Assembly: GCA_965222355.1 (NCBI GenBank)
Contig: OZ244953.1
Span: 4,230,714 to 4,294,713, forward strand
Reading direction: 5' to 3'
DNA from: Rhodospirillales bacterium
Lineage (GTDB): Bacteria; Pseudomonadota; Alphaproteobacteria; Rhodospirillales; Casp-alpha2
DNA: 64,000 nt
The first letter of the stretch is position 1; each line of letters opens with the position of its first letter. The notes under the pieces were generated by a model, which saw nothing but the letters and a program-made list of their open reading frames with translations, did not search any database and was not told the DNA's origin. The position numbers were made by a program, and so were the translations under genes. This document shows positions 27,114 through 37,128 of this stretch, one piece after another.

Positions 27114-27665
27114 TCAGGCGGCACTCATCAGTGCGGGCATCAAATCGGCCCGCTTGAATGGTCCGATGTTCCAGAGCACCTCGGATTTCTGCTGACCGTC
27201 GAAATGCTCTTCCTTGTCGAACAGAACATCTTGCTCGATATCGGCGCCGAGTTCCCGGGCGACGGACTTGAACACGCCGTGCGATGCCTTGTTGTCAGGC
27301 GTAATCGTGGTCTTGATGTGACGCACGTCGCGCGATGCCGGGCGGCGCAGAATGTCGATGATCATGCGCTTGGCCAGCTTGAGACCGCGCGCCTTCGGAG
27401 ACACCGCCACCTGCCACACGAACAGGCTGTTGTCTTCTTCGGGAACGATGTAGCCCGAAACAAAGCCGACCGGCTCCCCATCGAGCTCTGCGAGCGAGCA
27501 GGTCTCGGAAAAGTGCGAACACTGCAACAGATTGCAGTAGACCGAGTTCTCATCGAGCGGCTTGCACTGCTCCACGAGATCGTTCACGGCCACCCCGTCT
27601 TCGGGGGTCGGGCGTCTCAGGATCAGGTCGCGGTCGTTGCGGTCAAGTCGTTCGGAAATCGTCAT
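27114..27665 (-). CDS. ectA: Diaminobutyrate acetyltransferase
   Basis: CKPLDENSVYCNLLQC.HF, LFVWQVAV, TTITPDN.AS. Confidence 0.95.
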   Translation of the reverse strand: MTISERLDRNDRDLILRRPTPEDGVAVNDLVEQCKPLDENSVYCNLLQCSHFSETCSLAELDGEPVGFVSGYIVPEEDNSLFVWQVAVSPKARGLKLAKRMIIDILRRPASRDVRHIKTTITPDNKASHGVFKSVARELGADIEQDVLFDKEEHFDGQQKSEVLWNIGPFKRADLMPALMSAA

Positions 27666-27954
27666 GGTTCTTGCTGTTCCTCTTATATATATCAATAACC
27701 GATATAATTTTGTTGCGGGGTACATAGCCTCTCACCCCTAAGGCGTCAACCGGGTGGCGGTAAATTCGTTGAATAATTTAAAAAATTCATGTTTCCGCAA
27801 CATTATGATAAGAATGCGCCAAGATACGACAATAAAAATCCATTGATTATCGATGGATTTGGGCCTATCTCGGAGGACCATGGAAGGTGGCATGTCATAT
27901 CTGGGATATGTATCGTTATCCGGACGTGAGGATGACGGCCCGGGAGCTGCGGAT

Positions 27955-28434
27955 ATGGACAAACTTAATGAGGCTTTGATCTCAATCCGCCGGATTCTCC
28001 GCGCGACCGAACTCCACGGGAAAGCGCTTCGAATCGCGACCGGTCTCAAAACATCCCAACTCCTGGTGCTGCAGGCTTTAGAAGAAGAGCCTGAACTCAC
28101 TGTTGGTGAAATCACCGATCGCGTGCACATGGCACAGGCATCGGTGACCACGCTCGTCGCGAGATTAGAAGAACTCGGCCTCGTCACCCGGACCCGCGGC
28201 ACGTCCGACAAGCGCAAGGTTTTCGTGACACTGACCGATGCCGGTCACGATATGCTGGAGCAGGCACCGGAAGCCCTGCATCAGCGCTTCGCCGAAAAAT
28301 TCGAACCCCTCGATACCTGGGAACAGACGATGCTGGTGGCGTCCCTTCAACGGGTCGCAGCGATGCTGGACGCGTCCGATATCGACGCCGCACCGATCCT
28401 TCAGCTTGGTCCCGCCGGTCATACCGACGAATAA
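27955..28434 (+). CDS. ectR: MarR-family regulator divergent from ectABC (EctR)
   Basis: ALISIRRILRATE, GLKTSQLLVLQ, QASVT..V.RLE..GLV.R......DKR, WEQTMLVASLQRVAAM; divergent location. Confidence 0.8.
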   Translation: MDKLNEALISIRRILRATELHGKALRIATGLKTSQLLVLQALEEEPELTVGEITDRVHMAQASVTTLVARLEELGLVTRTRGTSDKRKVFVTLTDAGHDMLEQAPEALHQRFAEKFEPLDTWEQTMLVASLQRVAAMLDASDIDAAPILQLGPAGHTDE

Positions 28435-28438
28435 CCGG

Positions 28439-29626
28439 TTACGCCGGCAGCTTGCCCGTATAGCCGTTCCGTTTCAAATGAGCGATCATCGCCGGCGACA
28501 GGATACCGCGCCCATGCGCCAGCTGGTGCAGGTTCATGTCCCCACCCCAATTGACCTCGATCGCGACCGGTCCCCGGTTCGTCAACGCGATATCCCATGA
28601 CTGGGTCCGAAGGCCGGGTAACGCCATCGCGGCGCGGCGGCACATCTCGCTCGCCGCGTGCCATTCAGGCAGCTTAAACCCAATCAGTTCGGTTTCCGTC
28701 ACCGGATGGTGCGTGAGCTCTCTGAGTGCCGGTCCCGTGCCCGTCACGACGCGTGTGATCTGGCCCGTTTCCTTATCCAGCGCGCCCAGCATGTTGCCGT
28801 CGCGCCAATAGTTATCGGCAATATTCCCGTCTGTCGGAATCTTCATCACCGCGCTTTCGATCACCGGGCCGTCTTCACCCAATAAAACCAGGAAGCGCAC
28901 CGTCCCCACGGTGCCGCCCATCGCCTCCTGCAGGTCCGGATGCGGGTTGATGGTGCGCTGTAAGATATACCCCTCCCCGCTCATTTTCTGCATGTAGGCG
29001 GCGATCTCTTTTACCGGGACCTGACCGGCGCCGCGCACGTGCGCCCAGCTGTTGCCGCCATCCGTCATCGCCAACGCACCGACGCTGTACATCCCATCGA
29101 TGGGCTTGGCGAAGATCGGGTAGCTGCCCGGCAGCTCGAGCAACGCTTCCAACGCTTCGATGCGGGTGATCAATTGCGGGTGATCGCGTTTACCCGTCGG
29201 GTCGAACACCGCCACAGTATGCGGTACCGGCACACCGGCGCCGTGCATGACGGTTAGAAAGTGCAGTTTGTCGAGCGCGGCCGCGAACCATTTCGGATCG
29301 CAGCACTGAATGTGCATTTTCGCCTGGGCGGCCTTACCCACGAACCGCTGGGTCGCATCGGCGCCCCGCTCACCTGCATAAAGGCCGTAATAAAAATACT
29401 CGCTCGCCGACAGTTTTCCGGGTCCGTTCAGGCAGCCCCAGAAATCCCTCAGCCACGACGTCCCGGACCCGGTTTCGCGGGTCGCGTGCCTGATGGCTTC
29501 GGTAAGGGGCAGCTCCGGGGGCCGGTCGAGCTCGGCGCGGCGGGCCAGATCGTGGTCGGCATCGAATGAGAAGGGCTGGACGTCTTCTTCGGACGCGTTT
29601 TGGTCAAGCATGCAGGTCTCCATCAC
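28439..29626 (-). CDS. Sugar-transfer-associated type ATP-grasp protein (ATPgrasp_ST-like)
   Basis: LDKLHF, IFAKPIDGMYSVG, YILQRTINPHP, TVGTVRFLV, ADNYWRDGN, SWDIALT..GPVAIEVNW. Confidence 0.75.
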   Translation of the reverse strand: MMETCMLDQNASEEDVQPFSFDADHDLARRAELDRPPELPLTEAIRHATRETGSGTSWLRDFWGCLNGPGKLSASEYFYYGLYAGERGADATQRFVGKAAQAKMHIQCCDPKWFAAALDKLHFLTVMHGAGVPVPHTVAVFDPTGKRDHPQLITRIEALEALLELPGSYPIFAKPIDGMYSVGALAMTDGGNSWAHVRGAGQVPVKEIAAYMQKMSGEGYILQRTINPHPDLQEAMGGTVGTVRFLVLLGEDGPVIESAVMKIPTDGNIADNYWRDGNMLGALDKETGQITRVVTGTGPALRELTHHPVTETELIGFKLPEWHAASEMCRRAAMALPGLRTQSWDIALTNRGPVAIEVNWGGDMNLHQLAHGRGILSPAMIAHLKRNGYTGKLPA

Positions 29627-29755
29627 GACTTAACACCACCTGAGGGGAAGTGTAAGCGCAATGGAGCCCCGGGCCTGTGTCCTAGGTCACATCACAGAAC
29701 CTAATTTTTTTAACGCACAGAGCGACTTAGATCTAATAGCCGCTATTTATGCGGG

Positions 29756-30628
29756 TTATTTGAAGGCCTCGTTCAAAGCATCGCCGACATGCACCGGGGT
29801 CGACAACACGTTGACGCCCGCCGCTTCGAGTGCGGTCTTCTTGGACGCGTACGTGCCCTTGTCGCCCATCACGATGGCGCCGGCATGGCCCATCTTCTTA
29901 CCCGGCGGCGCGGCGCCCCCGGCGATGAAGGCGATCACGGGCTTCTTCATGGTTTTCGCGTATTCGGCCGCGTCCTCTTCCATGGCGCCGCCGATCTCAC
30001 CCACCATGACGACCGCTTCGGTGCCCGGGAAGTTATCGAGCGCTTCCAGCGCATCGCGGGTCGTCGTCCCGATCACCGGGTCGCCGCCGATGCCGACGAA
30101 CGCGGTCTGGCCGTATCCCGCCGTGACGATGTTCTGACACATGAGCGTCCCCAGAGAACCGGAACGCGAGAGAACCCCGACCGTGCCCTTTTTGAAGATG
30201 CGCTCGTTGAACGCCGGCATGAAGCCCATGAACGTTTCACCCACCGTGACGCCGCCCGCGGTGTTGGGGCCGACGACGCGGGTGCCCGCCTCTTTCGCCG
30301 CCGCCATCACATACATCACGTCGTGGACCGGCACATGCTCGGTGAGGCACAGGATCATCTTGGCCCCACCCTCGATCGCGTCCAACGCCGCCGCCTTAAC
30401 CCCCAAGGGCGGGATGAACAAGAGGGTTGCGTCGAAACCGGTGTCTTTCTGGGCGTCGACGGCGGACGCATGCACCGGCACACCGCAGTGTTCGGTGCCG
30501 GCCTTTTTCGGGTTCACACCACCGACCACGGTGGCGCCGTATTCCTGCATGCGTTCGGTCCAGAAGGTGCCCTGCTTGCCGGTGATCCCCTGAACAAGGA
30601 TGCGTGTCTCTTTACGTGGGATAATCAT
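29756..30628 (-). CDS. Succinyl-CoA synthetase-like ADP-forming CoA ligase, alpha subunit (probable sulfoacetate-CoA ligase)
   Basis: VQGITGKQG, GPNTAG, SRSGSLG, GIGGDP, GKKMGHAGAI (phospho-His); operonic with SauS. Confidence 0.8.
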   Translation of the reverse strand: MIIPRKETRILVQGITGKQGTFWTERMQEYGATVVGGVNPKKAGTEHCGVPVHASAVDAQKDTGFDATLLFIPPLGVKAAALDAIEGGAKMILCLTEHVPVHDVMYVMAAAKEAGTRVVGPNTAGGVTVGETFMGFMPAFNERIFKKGTVGVLSRSGSLGTLMCQNIVTAGYGQTAFVGIGGDPVIGTTTRDALEALDNFPGTEAVVMVGEIGGAMEEDAAEYAKTMKKPVIAFIAGGAAPPGKKMGHAGAIVMGDKGTYASKKTALEAAGVNVLSTPVHVGDALNEAFK

Positions 30629-31761
30629 CATGCACCCCCTTTCGCGGCGTCGACGGCGGCCTTGCAGGCCGCGCTCATGTTGGGGAGCGGGTCCATATTC
30701 AGCTTATCCTTCAACATCCGGATCGCCTCTTCGTCGCCGGTGCCGGCGATGGAAAAGAAGACGGGGATGTCGGGCTTGAGTTCCTCCCAAGCACCGAGGA
30801 GCCCTTCCATCATCACGTCGCAGCGCGCGAACGCGCCGCAGAAATTGACGACCAGGCTTTTGATGCCGGGTTTGGCGAGCACCATTTCAAGCGCGAACCT
30901 GGCCTTGGTATAGGCTTCGCCCCCGATCTCGCAGAAATTGGCGGGCGCGCCGCCGTGGTGGCGGACGACGTCCATGGTGGTCATGGTGAGCCCGGCACCG
31001 TTGGCCAGCACGCAAACATCGCCGTCCAGTTCGATGTATTTGATCCCCGCGCTCTCTCCACGCGCTTCGAGCTCGGTCAATTTCTCCGGCGCGCCGTTCT
31101 TGGCCAGCTCTTCCTGGCGCTTGATGGCGCTGTCGTCGAGGGTGAACTTGCAATCCAGCGCCACGACGGAGCCGTCGCCGGTAACAATGAGGGGGTTGAT
31201 CTCGAGCAGTTCGGCGTCATTCACCATATAGGCGTCATAGAGCTTCACCAGCGTATCGGCGACACCCGCCTCGGCGCCTTCCAGATCGACACCCGACAGT
31301 AATGTGTTCGCGTCTTCGAGGCTGAAGCCTTTTCGGATATCGACCGCGTGCGTCTTCAGCTTTTCGGGGGTTTCGGCGGCGATCTCCTCGATATCCATGC
31401 CGCCCTCGGTCGAGAACATGACCATCGGCCCCTTCGAAACCGGGTCGTTTAGGACGGCCGCATAATATTCGCGGCGAATGTCGGATTTCTCCTCGATCAA
31501 CACCTTCTCGACGGTGTGAATGCCGATGGTCATCCCCAGGATCGCTTCGGCGTGGGCTTTCGCCTCGTCGGGCGTGTCGGCAAGCTTGATACCGCCCGCC
31601 TTACCCCGCTTGCCCGTCGGGACCTGCGCCTTGACGACGCAGCCGCCGAGTTTCGCTGCCGCTTCCCCCGCCGCATCGGCGTGATAGACCAGAATGCTTT
31701 GAGGCACCTTGATCCCGCTCTGCGCCAACAGCGGCTTCGCCGCGTATTCTTCGAAGTTCAT
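30628..31761 (-). CDS. Succinyl-CoA synthetase-like ADP-forming CoA ligase, beta subunit (probable sulfoacetate-CoA ligase)
   Basis: VKAQVPTGKRGKAGGIK, EINPL, ALDCK, NGAGL; the SucC NIFGGI motif is replaced by NFCGAF. Start MNFEEY at 31761. Confidence 0.8.
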   Translation of the reverse strand: MNFEEYAAKPLLAQSGIKVPQSILVYHADAAGEAAAKLGGCVVKAQVPTGKRGKAGGIKLADTPDEAKAHAEAILGMTIGIHTVEKVLIEEKSDIRREYYAAVLNDPVSKGPMVMFSTEGGMDIEEIAAETPEKLKTHAVDIRKGFSLEDANTLLSGVDLEGAEAGVADTLVKLYDAYMVNDAELLEINPLIVTGDGSVVALDCKFTLDDSAIKRQEELAKNGAPEKLTELEARGESAGIKYIELDGDVCVLANGAGLTMTTMDVVRHHGGAPANFCEIGGEAYTKARFALEMVLAKPGIKSLVVNFCGAFARCDVMMEGLLGAWEELKPDIPVFFSIAGTGDEEAIRMLKDKLNMDPLPNMSAACKAAVDAAKGGA

Positions 31762-31797
31762 TCGGATGTTTCCCTTGGTGGTCCTTGATTTCATCTC

Positions 31798-31857
31798 GTC
31801 ATCCCCGCGAAAGCGGGGACCCATATTCGACGAGATCCCCGCCTGCGCGGGGATGAC
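31798..31857. repeat. Family A REP-like full palindromic element
   Basis: GTCATCCCCGCGAAAGCGGGGACCCA...GATCCCCGCCTGCGCGGGGATGAC. Confidence 0.9.
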
Positions 31858-31876
31858 GCTCAGGCAAGCCTTCGCG

Positions 31877-33307
31877 TCACTTCCCGAATTTTTCCCAGTA
31901 GCTGCCGAACAGCTCTTCTTCGGAGGGTTTGTCTTCGGGGATTGTTTTCACGAGATGCGTGATGTTGATGAAGTGGGTGTAGTTGAGGTTGTCGGAGATC
32001 GAGTTCCCGGCCCACGTCCCCCCACCCATCGAGAGCGTGAAGTTCAGGCCGTTGTTGTAGCCGCCGCCATTACCAAACGTGTGCGCCTGGTTGACGAGAA
32101 CGCGGACCACGTCGATCTCTTCGGCGAGGCGCGTCGCGTGCGCGGCCTCTTTCGTGTGGATCCCCACCGAGTGCCCCTTCCCGCAGACATCGAGAATAAC
32201 GTTCAACTGACGGACCACGTCGTCCATGTCCTTGGCGCGGTAAACCGTCAGCACGAGGGACAGTTTCTCGTCGATGAACGGGCTTTCCGGGTTGGTGTCG
32301 CCCTCTTCCACCATAAAGAACTTGTTGCCCTTGGCCTGATCGCCCAGACCGAACACGTCGGCCAGCACGTCGGCGTCCTTGGCGATGACATGACGGTTGA
32401 GGTGCCCGTCGACCCACAGATTGTCTTCGACCTTCTGTTTTTCTTCGGCCGTGCAGAGATAACCGCCGGCGCGCTTCAAAGCTTCCATCGCTTCGTCATA
32501 AACGCTGTCGAGGATGATCACCGAGTTCTCGGACGAACAAGACGTCGCGTTGTCGAAGATCTTCGACATGGTGATCTTTTCCGCCGCGTCGTCGAAATCC
32601 GCACTCTCGTCGATGACGACGGGGACGTTGCCCGCCCCCACCCCGATCGCCGGGGTGCCCGACGAATAGGCGCGCTTCACGTTGTTTTGGGAACCGGTCA
32701 CGATCACCAGGTCGCACTGGTTCATCAGTTCCTGGGTCAGCTGCTTGTTGACCGGCGCCGGAAGAACCTGAACCAAGTCCGCGGGAAGGCCGATCTTTTC
32801 CAGTTCGGCGCGCATGTAGTTGACGGTCTTGGTCGTCGTGCCCAGACCCGCGGGCGACGGCGCGATGATCACCGCGTTGCGGCCCTTGATCGCGAACATC
32901 GCTTTGTTGACGGGGGTCGCGGCGGGGTTCGTCGACGGCGTTACCGCACCGACGACACCGACCGGCTTCGCGTATTTGACGAGACCCTTTTCGGGAATTT
33001 CCTCGATCACACCGACCGACTTCACCCGCGACAGATCGCGCAAGCACCCGAACGTCTTGCGGGTGTTCTTGATGATCTTGCTTTCGACATTCCCAAGACC
33101 GGTATCTTCGACCGCAAGCTCCGCCAGCTCGCGGGCGCGGCCCGGCTCGTAGATTGCCCAGGCGAGCGCCGTCACCGCTTCATCCACGCGCGCCTGATCG
33201 GCATTGGCGAACTGGGCCATGGCGGCGCGCCCCTTGGCGATCAGTCCACGGATGATTTCCTTTTCGGGGCCTTGGTCAGGCGCTTTGGCGGCAGCTTGGG
33301 TGCTCAT
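31877..33307 (-). CDS. sauS: Acylating (CoA-dependent) sulfoacetaldehyde dehydrogenase
   Basis: DTGLGNV..K..KN.RKT, PVGVVGAVTPSTNPAATP.NK, TGSQNNV..AY.SGTPA.GVGAGNV, SK.FDNATSCSSENS, NQAHTFGNGG..NG..F.LSMG.GTW.GN..SDNL and the C-terminal ...EKFGK match my recollection of SauS. Confidence 0.8.
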   Translation of the reverse strand: MSTQAAAKAPDQGPEKEIIRGLIAKGRAAMAQFANADQARVDEAVTALAWAIYEPGRARELAELAVEDTGLGNVESKIIKNTRKTFGCLRDLSRVKSVGVIEEIPEKGLVKYAKPVGVVGAVTPSTNPAATPVNKAMFAIKGRNAVIIAPSPAGLGTTTKTVNYMRAELEKIGLPADLVQVLPAPVNKQLTQELMNQCDLVIVTGSQNNVKRAYSSGTPAIGVGAGNVPVVIDESADFDDAAEKITMSKIFDNATSCSSENSVIILDSVYDEAMEALKRAGGYLCTAEEKQKVEDNLWVDGHLNRHVIAKDADVLADVFGLGDQAKGNKFFMVEEGDTNPESPFIDEKLSLVLTVYRAKDMDDVVRQLNVILDVCGKGHSVGIHTKEAAHATRLAEEIDVVRVLVNQAHTFGNGGGYNNGLNFTLSMGGGTWAGNSISDNLNYTHFINITHLVKTIPEDKPSEEELFGSYWEKFGK

Positions 33308-33393
33308 GACGTTTCCTCACGTTTGCTTTGGGCATGATTTTTCTGGAACCGAATTGAGTATAGATCATACCCAGCGGAACGAGAAAATCAACA

Positions 33394-33425
33394 GATAATG
33401 AGATTTATCGTCCCAAAAAATGGGA
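33394..33425. promoter_or_regulatory. Tandem inverted repeats upstream of sauS (candidate IclR/SauR-type operator)
   Basis: GATAA-TGAGAT-TTATC (33394-33409) and TCCCA-AAAAA-TGGGA (33411-33425). Confidence 0.4.
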
Positions 33426-33435
33426 TAGTGACACT

Positions 33436-34380
33436 TTAGGCGCCGATAATCGGATGCGCGGGCCGAAAAGCGGCTGAAAGCAAGGTCAATCCAACGAAAA
33501 GAATCAGCAAACCGCCGGCCAAAGCCGCCAGATCGGCCGCCCACCCGGCCTTCGATCCTTCCATCCACGAAAGCCTCGAGACCACATTCCGCGCTGTCAC
33601 CGCGAACGCTGCCAACATCGAGACGGCGAGCGCGGTGCCCGCCGACATGGCCAGCACGGCAGCGATGCCGGCCCACGAAAGACCGGCGACGCGCGCGAAC
33701 ACGAGTACGATCACCGCCCCGCTGCAGGGGCGGATACCGACCGATACGATCACCCCCAACGCGGACTTAAGATCACGCACCTGGGCCGCATCGTTTGCCG
33801 TCGGCATGTGCGCGTGGCCGCACCCATGATCGTGGGTGTGATCGTGATGATGATGGCCGTGCCCGCCCGACATACGATTTTTCAGACTTCGCGCCGCCCG
33901 CAACAGCAGATACCCGCCCAACAGCGCCACCAACGCGAAGCTGGCCCGCTCGCTCCATAACACGGCGCCCTGCGCATCGCGCGGGACCCAGCCGGCGAGC
34001 GCCACCAGCCCATAGACAATCACGACGGCCACAAGCCCCTGCATGAACGCGGCACCGGCCGCGAGCCACATGCCGATACGGATCGTTTGTTTGTGGGACA
34101 ACAGATAGCTGCTGACCACCGCTTTGCCGTGTCCGGGCCCGGCGGCGTGGAATAGTCCGTAAAGAAAGCTCGCGGCGATCAGCGGCCAGACCAGCCTCCA
34201 ATCACCACCCGCCGCCGCCAGATCGCGGAGATATCCGGTGAGTTCACGATGAAAGGCACGTTGCTCGTTGATGACCCAGACCGTGAAGCGGTCGACCCAT
34301 CCGATATCGCCCGAAGCCGCCCACGCGGCCACCGGTATCGCAATCACCATAATTGCCGCGAGAACGCCGATCAGCCGCAT
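33436..34380 (-). CDS. RcnA/HoxN-like (NicO) metal transporter, ZevB-like
   Basis: YGLFHAAGPGHGKAVVSSY, His-rich loop GHGHHHHDHTHDHGCGHAH, GIRPCSGA. Confidence 0.85.
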   Translation of the reverse strand: MRLIGVLAAIMVIAIPVAAWAASGDIGWVDRFTVWVINEQRAFHRELTGYLRDLAAAGGDWRLVWPLIAASFLYGLFHAAGPGHGKAVVSSYLLSHKQTIRIGMWLAAGAAFMQGLVAVVIVYGLVALAGWVPRDAQGAVLWSERASFALVALLGGYLLLRAARSLKNRMSGGHGHHHHDHTHDHGCGHAHMPTANDAAQVRDLKSALGVIVSVGIRPCSGAVIVLVFARVAGLSWAGIAAVLAMSAGTALAVSMLAAFAVTARNVVSRLSWMEGSKAGWAADLAALAGGLLILFVGLTLLSAAFRPAHPIIGA

Positions 34381-35015
34381 GTCACGTAGACGGTCTCGGC
34401 AAAGAATAACCCCAGCGTATCGCCGGCCGATTGGGTCCGATCGAGCGATGCCGCAAGGGCCACCTGTTCTGGGTTCGGGTTGGGTTGTCTGATCTCTGCC
34501 TTGCAGTTCTTCGGTGCGGCGTCGAGGGTCACGGCGTCTTCGGCCTCGGCATGCACCATCTCGATGTAATAGGTCGGATCGAAGATCGCGTAACGGAACG
34601 GCAGATCATTCGCCGTCACCGGCTCGGCGAGCGGCAATACGAACGACATCTGCAGCCGGTTTCCCGAGACACCGGTCGCCAAATCGCTCGGCTCACCGGT
34701 CTCGATCCGAACATCGCCCGACCACGCACGCGAGAAATAATCGTAATCCTTGAGGTTCTTCATGTTCTCGGCGAGCACCTCTTCGAGCGCCGCCTGATCG
34801 GGTTTGCCGTCCTTGTTCATATCGGCACCGGAGATCACGAAAGCCGAGTAATAGTCGTCGAACAGCCAATACTGATGAAGCGCCTGGACCCGCCCTTCGT
34901 CGTCGAACAGAACCTGAACCTTTACGTCCGCCCAGACGTGGGGATGCGCCATCACGGGTTTGGAATCGACCGCCGCGATAACGATAAGACACGCCAGTGC
35001 GGCTATCCTGATCAT
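34371..35015 (-). CDS. DUF1007 periplasmic metal-binding protein, ZevA-like
   Basis: Signal peptide then AHPHVW, WLFDDYYS, YAIFDPTYY. Confidence 0.85.
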   Translation of the reverse strand: MIRIAALACLIVIAAVDSKPVMAHPHVWADVKVQVLFDDEGRVQALHQYWLFDDYYSAFVISGADMNKDGKPDQAALEEVLAENMKNLKDYDYFSRAWSGDVRIETGEPSDLATGVSGNRLQMSFVLPLAEPVTANDLPFRYAIFDPTYYIEMVHAEAEDAVTLDAAPKNCKAEIRQPNPNPEQVALAASLDRTQSAGDTLGLFFAETVYVTCG

Positions 35016-35443
35016 TTCGCGCGCGCGCCCTGACGTTCCTGGCAGGGGGCGCAGTGGCCCCTGAGTTCGACCACCGTGCGCTCCGTCACAAAACCGCTGT
35101 CACCGGTGATTGCGCCGATGGTCTTGGCCGCTTTGGGGACGGGAATCTCGGAAACGTCGCCGCAATCGTCGCAGATCGCGAAGGCGACGGCTTCCGAATG
35201 GCCATGATCGTGATCTTTCTGGTGACTGTGCGCGCAGGCGATGAAGGCATTCATGCTCTCGATCCTGTGCACGTGGCCCGTCTCCATCAACCGCTCCAGC
35301 GCCCGGTAAACCTGAACCGGGGCGCGGATACCGCTTTCCCGGACGTCGTCGAGGATGTCGTAGGCAGTCATCGCGCGGCCGGATTTCTCGAGGGCTTCGA
35401 GCACGCTGGCCTGGTTCGTCGTCAGTTTCGGTGTTTCGATCAT
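35012..35443 (-). CDS. zur: Fur-family zinc uptake regulator
   Basis: AYDILD, APVQVYRALERL...G.VHRIESMNAF.AC, FAICDDCG, E.RGHC..C; within the znuCB operon. Confidence 0.9.
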   Translation of the reverse strand: MIETPKLTTNQASVLEALEKSGRAMTAYDILDDVRESGIRAPVQVYRALERLMETGHVHRIESMNAFIACAHSHQKDHDHGHSEAVAFAICDDCGDVSEIPVPKAAKTIGAITGDSGFVTERTVVELRGHCAPCQERQGARAK

Positions 35444-36247
35444 CGAATATTCCCCACACGTGCCGGGCCTCGCTTGAGCCCGGTCGGAATGAGACTCAAC
35501 AGGAAAATAAGCGCAGCCGCACAAACGATGCTGGGACCGGACGGCGTATCGAAAGCGAGCGAACCACTAAGCCCGGCGACTACCGCCACGACACCCGACA
35601 CCGCCGCGAACAGTGCCATCATCTCTGGACCACGGGCGAACCTTCTTGCCGTTGCCGCGGGGATGATCAGCAGCGAGGTGATCAGCAGAATGCCGACGAC
35701 CTTCATCGCGATCGCGATCACCGCCGCCATCAAAAGCATGAAGGTGATCCGCGCGCGTTCGGGGTGCAATCCTTCCGCCGCCGCGAGTTCGACACTGACG
35801 GTGCCCGCCAGCAGCGGCCGCCAGATCATGACCAGAATACCCAGGACCACCGCCCCACCTCCGTAGATCAGGATGATGTCCGCCCATGACACCGCCAGAA
35901 TATCCCCGAACAGGAACGCCATCAGATCGATCCGGAGCCACGTCATCATCGCGACGATGACGATCCCCAACGCCAACGTCGAATGGGACAGGATTCCCAA
36001 CAACGCATCGGAAGAAAGCGGTGCGCGCCGCTGTAAAACGATCAGGGCCAATGCGCCCAACGCCGCGATCAGGAACACCGAGCCCGTGATAGAAACATCC
36101 ATCAATACCGCGAGGGCAACCCCCAGCAACGCCGAATGCGCCATCGTATCGCCGAAGTACGCCATCCTGCGCCAGACGATGAAGCACCCGAGCGGCCCGG
36201 CGATGATCGCCACGCCAACCCCCGCCAGCAAGGCGCGGATCAGAAAT

Positions 36248-36255
<8 letters not shown>
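35440..36255 (-). CDS. znuB: Zinc ABC transporter permease
   Basis: GPLGCFIVWRRMAYFGDTMAHSALLG, LFGDIL, VGILLITSLLIIPA, TPSGPSIV. Confidence 0.93.
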
Positions 36256-37075
<820 letters not shown>

Positions 37076-37077
37076 GA

Positions 37078-37092
37078 TGTTATATTATTACA
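37078..37092. promoter_or_regulatory. Zur box
   Basis: TGTTAT-ATT-ATTACA, one mismatch from TGTTAT-N3-ATAACA, in the 53-bp znuC/znuA divergent region. Confidence 0.75.
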
Positions 37093-37128
37093 AAATCACT
37101 GATCCGACACAACATCGAATACAAGCTT

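Noticed and set aside
29756-31761. Calling these genes TCA-cycle sucCD
   Set aside because: The substrate motif is altered (NFCGAF), there is no sucAB/mdh context, and the operon partner is a SauS-like dehydrogenase.
31762-31824. N-terminal extension MGPRFRGDDEM of the CoA-ligase beta ORF
   Set aside because: It starts inside a REP element; the family-consistent start is MNFEEY at 31761.
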